The translations under genes and the position numbers were made by a program. A model generated the notes under the pieces. That model did not search any database. It saw only the letters and a list, made by a program, of their open reading frames with translations, and was not told the DNA's origin. A stretch of 59,421 nt of DNA, filler included. It is 3 parts of 3 records of this genome, joined end to end, with 100 filler letters (N's around TTAATTAATTAA, not from the genome) between each part and the next. Parts side by side here need not be neighbours in the genome. Positions count along the whole stretch, not along the records: positions 27,789 to 53,199 come from SRR20825006_1669; 2 more parts are not named here. One strand, given 5' to 3'. This document shows, in pieces, positions 28,982-38,524 of this stretch. Each line of letters starts with the position of its first letter. Within the stretch, counting starts at the first letter, position 1.

Positions 28982-30070
28982 ATGACTCACCACCGCAAAG
29001 CTGATTCACAGCGAATCAACGTTCCATCGACGCAAAAAGTTGTGTCTCCGATGCTCCGTCGCGGTTTTACACTGGTCGAATTGTTGGTCGTGATTGCGAT
29101 CATTGGCGTGTTGGTTGGCTTGCTGTTGCCCGCGGTTCAATCCGCACGCGAAGCCGCTCGGTCGATGCAGTGCAGCAACAACCTCAAGCAAATTGGACTG
29201 GCCACACACAACTATGCATCAACTTACGCTGGTGCGTTTCCCAACAATGGCTTCAGCGGTCCAACGTATCCAAACGACTTCTCGCCGCACGCAAAAATCC
29301 TGCCGTTTCTGGAGCAATCCCAACTGCAAGATCTGATCAACTTCAGTATTCCGATGGGCCACCCTGCACGCGAAGATCTGCCTGTCGAATTGCGTGAAGC
29401 CGCCCAGACGCGAGTCCCAGCGTTCGAATGTCCCAGCGATGTCAATGCGGTTCTACACGGATTGACCATGCCATCGGGCGATGTCATTCAAATTGCGGGA
29501 ACCAGCTACAGCATGAATCAAGGCAGCGGCCAAGACGGTGTCTTTCACCCCGGCAACGGCACACCATCGGACGGCATGTGCTGGGTCAACGCCAAGCTAA
29601 AATTCCGTGACATTCTCGATGGAACCTCTCACACAATCCTGTTCGCTGAAACGGGCATTGGGTCCGGACTCGATGTCGCCACCGTCTCGCCCAAGATGGA
29701 TGTCCGATCGAATCGTGCGTCTGTCAGTTCCATCGCCACGACGGTCTTGGAAGCAGCAGCTCAAAACCAATACGCCGGTGTCGAAGCGGTCACGAGCAGT
29801 TGGGATGGCAGCCGCAACCACTACTGGTTGCGTGGGTCGGTACCTGATGGAGCCGTCATGAATGGCTTCTTGCCACCGAACAGTCAAATTCCTGATCTCA
29901 GTTTCCGTTCAGCCAAAATCACCGGACCACGCAGCTATCATACCGGGCTCGTGAAAGTCCTGATGGCCGATGGCAGCGTTCAAAACGTGACCGATTCGGT
30001 CGAACAAGAAGTCTGGCACGCAAGCTGGACACGAATGGGACGCGAGATCGAGACCATTTCGTCCCAATGA
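28982..30070 (+). CDS. DUF1559 prepilin-type protein, tandem paralogue
   Basis: [16 protein letters not shown]..., same motifs, [21 protein letters not shown]. Confidence 0.92.
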   Translation: MTHHRKADSQRINVPSTQKVVSPMLRRGFTLVELLVVIAIIGVLVGLLLPAVQSAREAARSMQCSNNLKQIGLATHNYASTYAGAFPNNGFSGPTYPNDFSPHAKILPFLEQSQLQDLINFSIPMGHPAREDLPVELREAAQTRVPAFECPSDVNAVLHGLTMPSGDVIQIAGTSYSMNQGSGQDGVFHPGNGTPSDGMCWVNAKLKFRDILDGTSHTILFAETGIGSGLDVATVSPKMDVRSNRASVSSIATTVLEAAAQNQYAGVEAVTSSWDGSRNHYWLRGSVPDGAVMNGFLPPNSQIPDLSFRSAKITGPRSYHTGLVKVLMADGSVQNVTDSVEQEVWHASWTRMGREIETISSQ

Positions 30071-30095
30071 TTCCTCGCTGGACTTCAACACCTCG

Positions 30096-30752
30096 ATGAG
30101 CACCCCGACTGCCGAAACGTCTTCAACGCCCACCATTCGAAAGACCGGATTCTCATCCGCTGCTTTGCGAATGGTGGTGCTGTGGCACTGGACCAGCTCG
30201 GCAGTTTGCTTGATCGGAATGTTGGGGTTTGCGATCACCGGCATCACCCTGAACCACGCTTCCCAAATCGAAACCGAACCGCAACGCGATTCGGTCATTG
30301 ATGATTTGCCGCCGAAGTTCATGAGTTTGCTGGCGAACTCGACGGAAGAAGAATCCGCCGCTCTGCCGCCTGAATTAGCCGAGTGGCTGACCGAACAAAC
30401 TGGCAAATCAATCGGCAGTCGAAAAGCGGATTGGTCGGAGGATGAGGTTTACCTCTCGATGCCCGGCCCCGGATCCGACGCGTGGCTGGCGATTGATCGC
30501 GAAACCGGTGAATTTGAATTTGAATCGACCCAGCGTGGTTGGATCTCCTACTTCAACGATTTGCACAAAGGACGCAACACAGGTGCGGCATGGAAATGGT
30601 TCCTTGATCTTTTCGCAATTGCCACGCTGGTGTTCTGTCTCACTGGTTTGCTGTTGCTGGTTGAACACGCTCGGCGTCGAAAAATGACTTGGCCGCTGGT
30701 CGGACTCGGACTCTTTCTGCCGTTCCTATTGGCCGTATTGCTCATTCACTGA
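30096..30752 (+). CDS. PepSY-associated TM helix domain protein
   Basis: [10 protein letters not shown]...[10 protein letters not shown] and [13 protein letters not shown] motifs; three TM segments. Confidence 0.85.
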   Translation: MSTPTAETSSTPTIRKTGFSSAALRMVVLWHWTSSAVCLIGMLGFAITGITLNHASQIETEPQRDSVIDDLPPKFMSLLANSTEEESAALPPELAEWLTEQTGKSIGSRKADWSEDEVYLSMPGPGSDAWLAIDRETGEFEFESTQRGWISYFNDLHKGRNTGAAWKWFLDLFAIATLVFCLTGLLLLVEHARRRKMTWPLVGLGLFLPFLLAVLLIH

Positions 30753-30767
30753 ACACTTTCCTTCCTC

Positions 30768-31316
30768 TTGATGACTCGACTTCCTTCCATGATGAATCGA
30801 ATTGCGTTGATGCTCGGCATCGCTCTGCTTGGCGTCTGCCAAACAACCGCTGAAGACTGGAAAGCCACCGTTGAAATCCCACGGTTGAATGTCTCGGAAT
30901 ACCACCGTCCTTATGTGGCAATCTGGATCCAAGACGAAAACCGAAAATGCGTCGCAAACCTGGCCGTTTGGTACCAACTGACCAAATCGGGCGAAGGAGA
31001 AGGCACGAAATGGTTGCCCGACCTTCGTCAGTGGTGGCGGCGTTCCGGACGTTCCTTGCAAATGCCCGTCGATGGCGTTTCAGGTGCGACACGACCGGCC
31101 GGAAAACATGAGTTGGCATTCGACGATGCCAACCAACGTTTCTCGAAATTGCCCGCCGGAAAGTACAGCCTGATGGTGGAAGCTTCGCGAGAAGTTGGCG
31201 GGCGTGAAGTGTTGGAACTGCCATTTGAGTGGCCGTCCAAAACGACTCAGAAGTTGAAAGCCACTGGCAAAGAAGAACTCGGCGACACCACGTTTGTCAT
31301 TCCCCCCTCCAAATGA
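30768..31316 (+). CDS. DUF2271 domain periplasmic protein (predicted FMN-ylation substrate)
   Basis: Signal peptide; YHRPYVAIWI, KWLPDLRQWWR, DGVSGAT (flavinylation motif), VEASREVGGRE; exact start uncertain. Confidence 0.85.
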   Translation: MMTRLPSMMNRIALMLGIALLGVCQTTAEDWKATVEIPRLNVSEYHRPYVAIWIQDENRKCVANLAVWYQLTKSGEGEGTKWLPDLRQWWRRSGRSLQMPVDGVSGATRPAGKHELAFDDANQRFSKLPAGKYSLMVEASREVGGREVLELPFEWPSKTTQKLKATGKEELGDTTFVIPPSK

Positions 31317-32149
31317 ACTCCCTTTTAAACACGAGATTGACCATGAATCGTTTGCTCCTTTCGCTCGCTTTTTTGCTCACCGCCATTCCGAGCACGACCT
31401 ACGCCCACAAAGTTTGGTTGTTGCCTTCGCAAACCGTCTTCTCGGGTCCCGAACCCTGGTTGACCGTTGACGCGGCGGTTTCGAACGACTTGTTCTACTT
31501 CAATCACTTTCCGCTGGGATTGGACAACTTGGTCATCACGGCTCCTGACGGAACCCATGTCGAAGCCGAGAACCAAGCCAAGGGAAAATACCGCAGCGTC
31601 TTCGATCTCCCGCTGACTCAGCGTGGCACCTATCGCGTTGCTGTCGTCAACGATGGTGCTTTTGCAAGCTGGGAAGAGAATGGCGAACGACGTCGTTGGC
31701 GCGGAAGCGCCGATGCGATCGCAAGCGAAGTTCCTGCCGACGCCGACAACCTCCGCATCACCGAAAGCTTCGGGCGAGTCGAAACGTTCGTCACCAACGG
31801 TGCACCATCGCTGGACGCACTGAAACCAGTCGGAAAGGGCATCGAGTTGATCCCCGTCACCCATCCCAACGACCTGTACGCGGGTGAAACCGCCACGTTC
31901 CGATTCTTGGTCAACGGCCAGCCTCAGAAGGACATGGAGATCGTTGTGATCCAAGGCGGAACGCGTTATCGCAACTCGCAAGAAGAAACCAACGTCACGA
32001 CCAACGAAGAAGGCGAGTTCCAAATCACTTGGACGGGACCTGGCATGTACTGGATCGAAACCAGTCACCAAGACAACGACACCAAGATCAAGAACGCCGC
32101 CGGCCGTCGAATGAGCTACGCGGGCACTGTTGAAGTCCTGCCTCAATGA
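31313..32149 (+). CDS. DUF4198 domain protein (NikM-like periplasmic metal-uptake associated)
   Basis: Signal peptide ending AHKVWLLPSQT, TVDAAVSNDLF, ELIPVTHPNDL, GMYW; ATGA overlap with DUF2271 (alternative start 31343). Confidence 0.82.
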   Translation: MNSLLNTRLTMNRLLLSLAFLLTAIPSTTYAHKVWLLPSQTVFSGPEPWLTVDAAVSNDLFYFNHFPLGLDNLVITAPDGTHVEAENQAKGKYRSVFDLPLTQRGTYRVAVVNDGAFASWEENGERRRWRGSADAIASEVPADADNLRITESFGRVETFVTNGAPSLDALKPVGKGIELIPVTHPNDLYAGETATFRFLVNGQPQKDMEIVVIQGGTRYRNSQEETNVTTNEEGEFQITWTGPGMYWIETSHQDNDTKIKNAAGRRMSYAGTVEVLPQ

Positions 32150-32862
32150 GTTTGAAGATCAACGCCATTTGTCTCGCGGTGCTTGTGATTGCCGCGTGGT
32201 TCCTGGCACAGTGGACCGAGGGCACTTGGTGGGTCGCACCACCGAGTGCCTCACGTTGGTGGATGGCGGCGGGTTCTCTCGTCGCTTACAGCTTGCTGTG
32301 TGCCTGGTCGTTTCGAAAGGTCGCGGTGTCAAATGCTTCAACGGCGAATGTCACCTCGGTCGTCTCCGAACAAGTGCCCACAGACAGTCCCACGACTTCT
32401 GTCAAAAACGATTCGGTACTGGTCGTCTACGCCAGTGAAACAGGATTCGCCGAAGAACTGGCGCAGCAAACCTTGGAACTGCTTCGTGCGGCTGGCAAGG
32501 CTGCTGAACTGCTGTCACTGGATGAATTGTCAGTGGAACGATTGCAAACGATTCCACACGCATTCTTTTTGGCGAGCACAGCGGGAGATGGGGAACCGCC
32601 CGTTCACGCATTTGAATTTGCGAAGGACGTGATGTCTTCCCAACATGATCTGTCATCACTGACTTACGCGGTGTTGGCACTCGGCGACAGCAGTTACGAC
32701 GAGTACTGCGCATTCGGCCGACAAATCGACGCTTGGTTGCAACAGTGCGGAGCGAAGGCATCCGACGAGCGAATCGAAGTTGATGACGCCGATCCCTTGG
32801 CGTTGTCAGCCTGGCAAGCGCTCGTCGAAGAGTTTGCCGGCAACGCTCAACCGAGTCTGTGA
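32146..32862 (+). CDS. Membrane-anchored flavodoxin-domain protein (CysJ N-terminal-like, no FNR domain)
   Basis: Two N-terminal hydrophobic helices; VYASETGFAEELA, STAGDGEPP and LALGDSSYDEYCAFG flavodoxin motifs; ends right after the flavodoxin fold. Confidence 0.82.
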   Translation: MSLKINAICLAVLVIAAWFLAQWTEGTWWVAPPSASRWWMAAGSLVAYSLLCAWSFRKVAVSNASTANVTSVVSEQVPTDSPTTSVKNDSVLVVYASETGFAEELAQQTLELLRAAGKAAELLSLDELSVERLQTIPHAFFLASTAGDGEPPVHAFEFAKDVMSSQHDLSSLTYAVLALGDSSYDEYCAFGRQIDAWLQQCGAKASDERIEVDDADPLALSAWQALVEEFAGNAQPSL

Positions 32863-32863
32863 C

Positions 32864-33571
32864 TCAGCTTTGGTAGCGTACCAAGTACCAACCACGGCCG
32901 ATCGAAGTGGCGTATTCCAATTCATGTGGGTCGGACAATCCACCCACAAATGAACTCGGTTGACTTTGGGGTGGATGCCATTCCGCCCAATCACCACCAT
33001 CGGTTCCGGTCAGTTGCAGCTTGATTGCGCCGTTTTGCAGTTCAATCGCACTGACGTAAACCGCTTGCTCCGAAACCGAGGGAGCTTGCAACAAAACCAA
33101 TGTGGTTGGGCGTCCAAACGGATACGCCATGAAGGGGCCAATCGCAGGCAGCTCGCCATCATGCTGCGGCCACTCTTCGCGAAGCGGTGCAACGATGTGT
33201 TCCAGCCCCTCCACACGCAAGGCAAACCGTGCCCGTTTGCCTTGCCATGCAATCGAGTCAACGTGGGTCGCAAGAGCAAACCAAAACCCCGCCAACGTGA
33301 CCACGGCCAGCAACTGCGCCAACGATCGATGCTGAACCGTCGGCGATGATCTGGCAAAGAACTGAAACAACCATCCAAGCAGACTTCCCACCGCCAAGAT
33401 CGCGATCAAACCGATCCCCACACTGCGAACAGGATTGGCTTGCATCCATTGAATTGAAAACGATTCGCTTTGAACCAGAGATCCAAACAAAGGGTCCACG
33501 GAGGCCCAAATCACTAGCATGCAAAATGCTGCGATCTGGCTTCCCCATAACCACTTGGATGGTCTCGACAT
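32864..33571 (-). CDS. Hypothetical membrane protein
   Basis: Three N-terminal TM segments and a soluble C-terminal domain; converges on the flavodoxin gene. Confidence 0.65.
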   Translation of the reverse strand: MSRPSKWLWGSQIAAFCMLVIWASVDPLFGSLVQSESFSIQWMQANPVRSVGIGLIAILAVGSLLGWLFQFFARSSPTVQHRSLAQLLAVVTLAGFWFALATHVDSIAWQGKRARFALRVEGLEHIVAPLREEWPQHDGELPAIGPFMAYPFGRPTTLVLLQAPSVSEQAVYVSAIELQNGAIKLQLTGTDGGDWAEWHPPQSQPSSFVGGLSDPHELEYATSIGRGWYLVRYQS

Positions 33572-33635
33572 TCAACTGTCTCGTTTATCCGTGAATGACT
33601 CGCTTGTCTGTGAATGAACCGTCAGGAAATGACGC

Positions 33636-34820
33636 TCATTGGCAGTGCCCCAGTGCCATCAACGCGAAACTGGTGGCGAGATTCTTATCGTTCTCAAACC
33701 AACGCTGGTTGTCGTTACTCCACGATCCATCTTCGTTTTGACGTTCAGCCAATTCGGCAACCAAGTCGGCTTTCCAGTCGTGTTCCTTGCCGTCGGAATC
33801 GGCAACCGTTTTCAAGCCCGCCGCATCCAGGGCCGCTGCGAACGTGTGGTAGTAGTAATACAGCCCCGCGGTGCCCATGCCAGGATTCTTTTCAACGCTG
33901 TAGTGATCCTGAATCCATTGTTGAGCGGCTTTGACACGAGGGTCTTCCTTCGTCAAACCGGCAAAGATCATGCTCTTCAGCCCCGTGTATCCCATCGAGC
34001 CGTAACTGCGAAGCCCACCGTTGGGAGTGAAGCGTTCTTCCGAGGTGCTGGGATCAATCTTGGTCGTTGGGATTTCGTAGTAGAACCCTCCGTCATCGAC
34101 CTTGTCAGCGAACTGCGTGTCGTTGAACTCGCTGTCGAGGTTCTGGCATCGAGAAATGAACACGAGCGCCCGTTGAATCGCAGGGTCGCTCGCCGGAGTT
34201 TCCACCGCTCGCAAGGCTTCGATCATGTACCCGGTGTTCGACAGATCAGGTCGCCCGGCACCGCCATAGCCGACGCCGCCGTACCACGGATCGGAAGGAT
34301 CCTTGGTTCCTTCGCCGTACTGAATTCCGGTCACAAACGCCTTGGCACGTTTCAAGATTTCATTGTACTGGCCGGTCTTGTTCGCCTCCGCGAAGCACAC
34401 GATCGCGACGCAGGTTTCATAGTTTTTCAGCCGACCGTTGCCGTAGATGCCACCATCAGGTTTGACGTAGCCTTCGAGTGCTTTGAGTCCCTCCGCGACC
34501 ATCGGATCGTCGATGGTTTGACCGTTCCGCAATGCCGACGTGATCGCCAGCGCCGTCACGCCTGGTCCGACTCGGTCCGAAAACGTTCCCTGCTCGGATT
34601 GCCCCTCTTTGGCCAGAAAAGCCAACCCCTTGCTGACAATTTCCTGCCGAAGCTGCTCCGTTTTGCTGCTCGTTTTCGCTTCCGGCGATGTTCCCGCGTC
34701 CTGACCGTGAGCAGGCAAACTGATGATCGCAGCCGCACAGGTTGTGACAAAAATCCGGCGACCGAGGCGGAATTTTCGGCGAGCGGATGTCGGTCCGGAA
34801 GGGTTGGATTCCCAATGCAT
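33636..34820 (-). CDS. Prenyltransferase/squalene-oxidase repeat protein, probably exported
   Basis: QW-like repeats (QSEQGTF, KPDGGIY, YGGVGY, DDGGFYY, QNEDGSW); GRRIFV twin-arginine-like signal. Confidence 0.8.
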   Translation of the reverse strand: MHWESNPSGPTSARRKFRLGRRIFVTTCAAAIISLPAHGQDAGTSPEAKTSSKTEQLRQEIVSKGLAFLAKEGQSEQGTFSDRVGPGVTALAITSALRNGQTIDDPMVAEGLKALEGYVKPDGGIYGNGRLKNYETCVAIVCFAEANKTGQYNEILKRAKAFVTGIQYGEGTKDPSDPWYGGVGYGGAGRPDLSNTGYMIEALRAVETPASDPAIQRALVFISRCQNLDSEFNDTQFADKVDDGGFYYEIPTTKIDPSTSEERFTPNGGLRSYGSMGYTGLKSMIFAGLTKEDPRVKAAQQWIQDHYSVEKNPGMGTAGLYYYYHTFAAALDAAGLKTVADSDGKEHDWKADLVAELAERQNEDGSWSNDNQRWFENDKNLATSFALMALGHCQ

Positions 34821-35010
34821 TTGTGTTTCTCAAGGAAGGAGGGAAAGAAAAGCGTTCGATCTCCATGCATCGCTTCACAAAGCAAGCCATGTGCCAGCGA
34901 CCATTCCGAAACAATTCTCAATTTTTCGCGGCGGATACAGGTGGAGATCGCAACTGGCCGGTAGAAGGCTTTCCGCCCAAATTCTCGCGTCTTGTTTGCC
35001 AGGTATTTGA

Positions 35011-36942
35011 ATGCTCCGTTTTCCACACGTTCGTTCCAAGGTCTTGTTGATGGCGGGAGCCGCCTTGATCGTCGGCCCCGGTTGCTCCCCCAACATCCAA
35101 GCCCAACCGCCCGGATTTGGTCCTGGTGGCCCCGGGGGTCCGGACCAAGCTGATCAAGAACTCGTCGAGAAGTTCGATGACGACGCCAATGGCTGGCTGA
35201 ACGATACGGAGCGAAAAGAAGCTCGCGAATTTCTTGCCGCCAACCCGACGCAGCGTGGCTTCGGTGGGCCCGGTGGCTTTCGCGGTCGTGGCGAAGGTCG
35301 TGGGCCAGGCGAAGGTCGAGATCGGGGCGAAGGCCGCGGGGCTGATTTTGGTCCTCCGCCCGGCTTCGGCCCCGGCCCTGGATTTGGCCCTCCTGCTGAT
35401 GGCGGCCCGCCTCCAGGTGATGAAGCGGAACGCGGCCGCGGTCGACGCGGTGGTGGCCCTCCTGGAATGAATCGCGATCGTCCCGAGCCCACTCCCGGAC
35501 AAACCATCACCAAAGAATCCGTCTCTCCTATCAAAGGTGACCTGTACGACCCTCAAGTTGTTCGCACCGTTTTCCTGGACTTCAGCAATGACGACTGGGA
35601 AGAGGAAATGGAAACCTTCCACAGCACCGACGTGGAGGTCCCCGCCACCATCACCATCGATGGCAAATCGTATCCCAATTGCGGCATCAGCTTCCGTGGT
35701 GCCTCGTCGTATGGAATGGTCCCGCGAGGTTACAAACGGTCTTTCAATATTTCGGTTGACATGGCCAACGAAGATCAACGGATCGGCGGTTACAAAACAC
35801 TGAACCTGCTCAATGGATCCAGCGACGATTCGATGATGAGCACCGTGCTGTACTCGCACATCGCGAATCAACACATCCCCGCACCACGAGCCAACTTCGT
35901 TCGCGTCGTCATCAATGGCGAAGACTGGGGCGTGTACACCAACGTCGAACAATTCAACAAAGACTTTGTCAAAAGAAACTTCGGCAGCAGCAAGGGCGCA
36001 CGTTGGAAAGTCAGCGGATCACCTCGTGGAGGCGGTGGACTGGAATATCGCGGCGAAGACTTGGAGAACTATCGCCATCCTTTCGAGCAGAAATCAGGCA
36101 ACGACAAAGATCTCCAACGATTGGTGGACCTCTGCCGTGTGCTGGAACAAACCCCAACGGATGAATTGCCTGCCGCTTTGGAACCGATTGTCAACGTCGA
36201 TGGTTTGCTCTGGTTCTTGGCACTGGACAACGCCCTGATCAACTCGGACGGCTACTGGATCCGAGCGAGTGACTACAGCATCGTGCTGGACAAAGACGAC
36301 GTGTTTCACTTCATCCCACATGATATGAACGAAGCCTTCCGCGCAGCGGGTGGCCCCGGCGGTCCTGGTGGTCGCGGAGGGCCTGGCGGACGAGGCGGTC
36401 GTGGACGCGGAGGACCAGGCGGCTTTGGTGGCCCCGAAGGATTTGGTGGGCCCGGAGGGTTTGGTGGGCCGGATGAATTCGGTGGCCCAAGAGGATTCGA
36501 CGGCCCACGTGACTCCGATGGACCTCGTCGATTCGCCGGTCCCGATCAAAACGGCCCTCGCGGTGCGAATGGCCCTGGACCTGAATCGACGGCGTCTCCA
36601 CTTGGATTGGATCCGCTGATCGGATTGGATGACCCGACCAAACCGCTTCGCAGCAAAGTGTTGGCGGTTCCAAAATACCGTGAGGCGTACCTCGCCAATG
36701 TTCGTCACATTGCGGAGCATTCGCTGAACTGGGAAACCCTCGGACCATTCGTTCAGTCTCAAGCCAAACTGATCGAACCACTGATGAAAGTGGACACGCG
36801 AAAATTGGGAACGTTTGAATCCTTCCAAGCGATGACCAGCGACACACAGGTGTCCGATCACGCGGAAGAACCACGCCGCGGACACGGTGCAATGAACTTG
36901 AAGGCCTTCGCCGATGGTCGTCGCGAATTCTTGCTGAAGTAG
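35011..36942 (+). CDS. CotH kinase family protein with EF-hand-like motif and Gly/Pro-rich inserts
   Basis: FDDDANGWLNDTE (EF-hand-like), GISFRGASS, KRSFNI, NGEDWGVYTNVEQ, NSDGY...DY, IPHDMNEAF. Confidence 0.85.
   Translation: MLRFPHVRSKVLLMAGAALIVGPGCSPNIQAQPPGFGPGGPGGPDQADQELVEKFDDDANGWLNDTERKEAREFLAANPTQRGFGGPGGFRGRGEGRGPGEGRDRGEGRGADFGPPPGFGPGPGFGPPADGGPPPGDEAERGRGRRGGGPPGMNRDRPEPTPGQTITKESVSPIKGDLYDPQVVRTVFLDFSNDDWEEEMETFHSTDVEVPATITIDGKSYPNCGISFRGASSYGMVPRGYKRSFNISVDMANEDQRIGGYKTLNLLNGSSDDSMMSTVLYSHIANQHIPAPRANFVRVVINGEDWGVYTNVEQFNKDFVKRNFGSSKGARWKVSGSPRGGGGLEYRGEDLENYRHPFEQKSGNDKDLQRLVDLCRVLEQTPTDELPAALEPIVNVDGLLWFLALDNALINSDGYWIRASDYSIVLDKDDVFHFIPHDMNEAFRAAGGPGGPGGRGGPGGRGGRGRGGPGGFGGPEGFGGPGGFGGPDEFGGPRGFDGPRDSDGPRRFAGPDQNGPRGANGPGPESTASPLGLDPLIGLDDPTKPLRSKVLAVPKYREAYLANVRHIAEHSLNWETLGPFVQSQAKLIEPLMKVDTRKLGTFESFQAMTSDTQVSDHAEEPRRGHGAMNLKAFADGRREFLLK
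36421..36546 (+). repeat. Degenerate 18-bp coding tandem repeat (7 units, GFGGPx-type hexapeptides)
   Basis: ggctttggtggccccgaa / ggatttggtgggcccgga / gggtttggtgggccggat / gaattcggtggcccaaga / ggattcgacggcccacgt ... inside the CotH gene. Confidence 0.75.
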
Positions 36943-37038
36943 CACCGCTTGTTCCCTGCCATCAACGCCTCGCGGAAGCCATCGTTGCGACCGCGAGGCG
37001 TTGCGACCAAAAATCTTTTCCCAGTATTCAATCACGTC

Positions 37039-37833
37039 ATGAACGACAAACGAATCGAACTGAAATACCAACTGGACTCATCGCTGGCATTGGAAGTCAA
37101 GCAATGGGCCCGTGAACATTTGGCAGCGGATCCCCACTGCAAATCGGGGGACACGTACGACGTCAACAGCCTGTACCTGGACACGCCTCAACTGGATCTG
37201 TTTCACCAAACCGGCAGCATCGGTCGCCGAAAGTATCGTGTTCGCCGATATGGCAGCGAATCGAACCTTTGGCTCGAGAGCAAATCGAAAAAGAAGAACG
37301 AAGTTCAAAAGACACGCTGCGTCGGATCCGAAGACGAAGTGATGAACACGCTGTGGGAACTCGAACGAGCCTCCCGTGATTCGGAATCAGCACCTGCCCC
37401 CAAGGCTTCCCTGGGCGATTGGTTCCGCGATCAAGCGATCAAAAAACAGCTTCAACCAACCACACAAATTCACTATCGACGTTTCGCTCGAATGGGATCG
37501 GAACTGGGCCAGAACATGCGATTGACCATCGATAGCCAACTGCACGCCAGCCCGGCGTCGGGTTGGGAAGTCGCATCCGAGGAGGCTGGTTCTGACCGGA
37601 CCCAACGCGTGAAGGCGACCGAACTGGAAATCTTGGAACTGAAGTTCCACCGGATCATGCCGCATCGATTCAAAGAACTGCTGCGTGAATTTCCGATCCC
37701 AGTGACCGGGTTCTCCAAGTATCGAGCCGCTGTTCGCTGCTGGAACCTGGATCAACCTGTTCCTGTGTTCGATTCGGCGATTGAAGTGTCGCCGGAATGC
37801 GATTGGAACACGGAGACCCTGTCCTATGCCTGA
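37039..37833 (+). CDS. VTC / polyphosphate polymerase (CYTH-like) domain protein
   Basis: RIELKY, YDVNSLYLDT, RRKYRVRRY, LESKSK, YRRFA, RLTID, ILELKF and FSKY motifs. Confidence 0.88.
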   Translation: MNDKRIELKYQLDSSLALEVKQWAREHLAADPHCKSGDTYDVNSLYLDTPQLDLFHQTGSIGRRKYRVRRYGSESNLWLESKSKKKNEVQKTRCVGSEDEVMNTLWELERASRDSESAPAPKASLGDWFRDQAIKKQLQPTTQIHYRRFARMGSELGQNMRLTIDSQLHASPASGWEVASEEAGSDRTQRVKATELEILELKFHRIMPHRFKELLREFPIPVTGFSKYRAAVRCWNLDQPVPVFDSAIEVSPECDWNTETLSYA

Positions 37834-38500
37834 GTGGCTGAATCAAGTTTCCACCGAGGTGGATGCCAACCTGCCGACATTGGCCACGCGACTCGTATTG
37901 GCGTGGTTGTGTGGTTGGGCCGTGGCTCTGATCGCTCGCATCAAATCACCGGCCAACACCGCCGACCAACTCACGTTGACGTTGGTTTTGATGAGCGTGC
38001 TGATCGCGATGGCGACTCAAATCATCGGCGACAACATCGCTCGAGCATTCAGCTTGGTGGGCGCACTATCGATCGTTCGCTTCCGAGCCGCCGTGTCGTC
38101 CACTCGTGACGTGGCGTTTGTTTTGGCAGCAGTGGTCGTCGGCATGGCGATCGGAGCCGGTCAATACTGGGTGTCCTTCCTGGGGTTGATCACACTGGCT
38201 TGGGCAACCCAGTTCAACGGCGGACGTCCCGCATCCCAGCTCGAGAAGCCCACCACGCTGACTGACAAGACATGGAGTTTGACCATGAAAGTCGGGCTGC
38301 ATTCGATCGGTGGTTGGGAATCCGAACTGCAACGACTGACCAAGAGCTACGAGATCGTTTCAGCGGAAACCGCTCGTCGGGGCGGTTCACTCGAACTCGT
38401 CTACCGCTATCAACCACAAGACGACACCGACGCCAGCCAACTGATCGCCGCTCTGAACGCGATCCCCACGGTTGAGTCGGTCGCCACCAAACCAATGTGA
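37826..38500 (+). CDS. DUF4956 domain membrane protein
   Basis: IIGDNIARAFSLVGALSIVRFRAAVSSTRDVAF...GMAIGAG; overlaps the VTC stop. Confidence 0.88.
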   Translation: MPEWLNQVSTEVDANLPTLATRLVLAWLCGWAVALIARIKSPANTADQLTLTLVLMSVLIAMATQIIGDNIARAFSLVGALSIVRFRAAVSSTRDVAFVLAAVVVGMAIGAGQYWVSFLGLITLAWATQFNGGRPASQLEKPTTLTDKTWSLTMKVGLHSIGGWESELQRLTKSYEIVSAETARRGGSLELVYRYQPQDDTDASQLIAALNAIPTVESVATKPM

Positions 38501-38524
38501 TCCGTCAGTGGACGACCGGCATCT

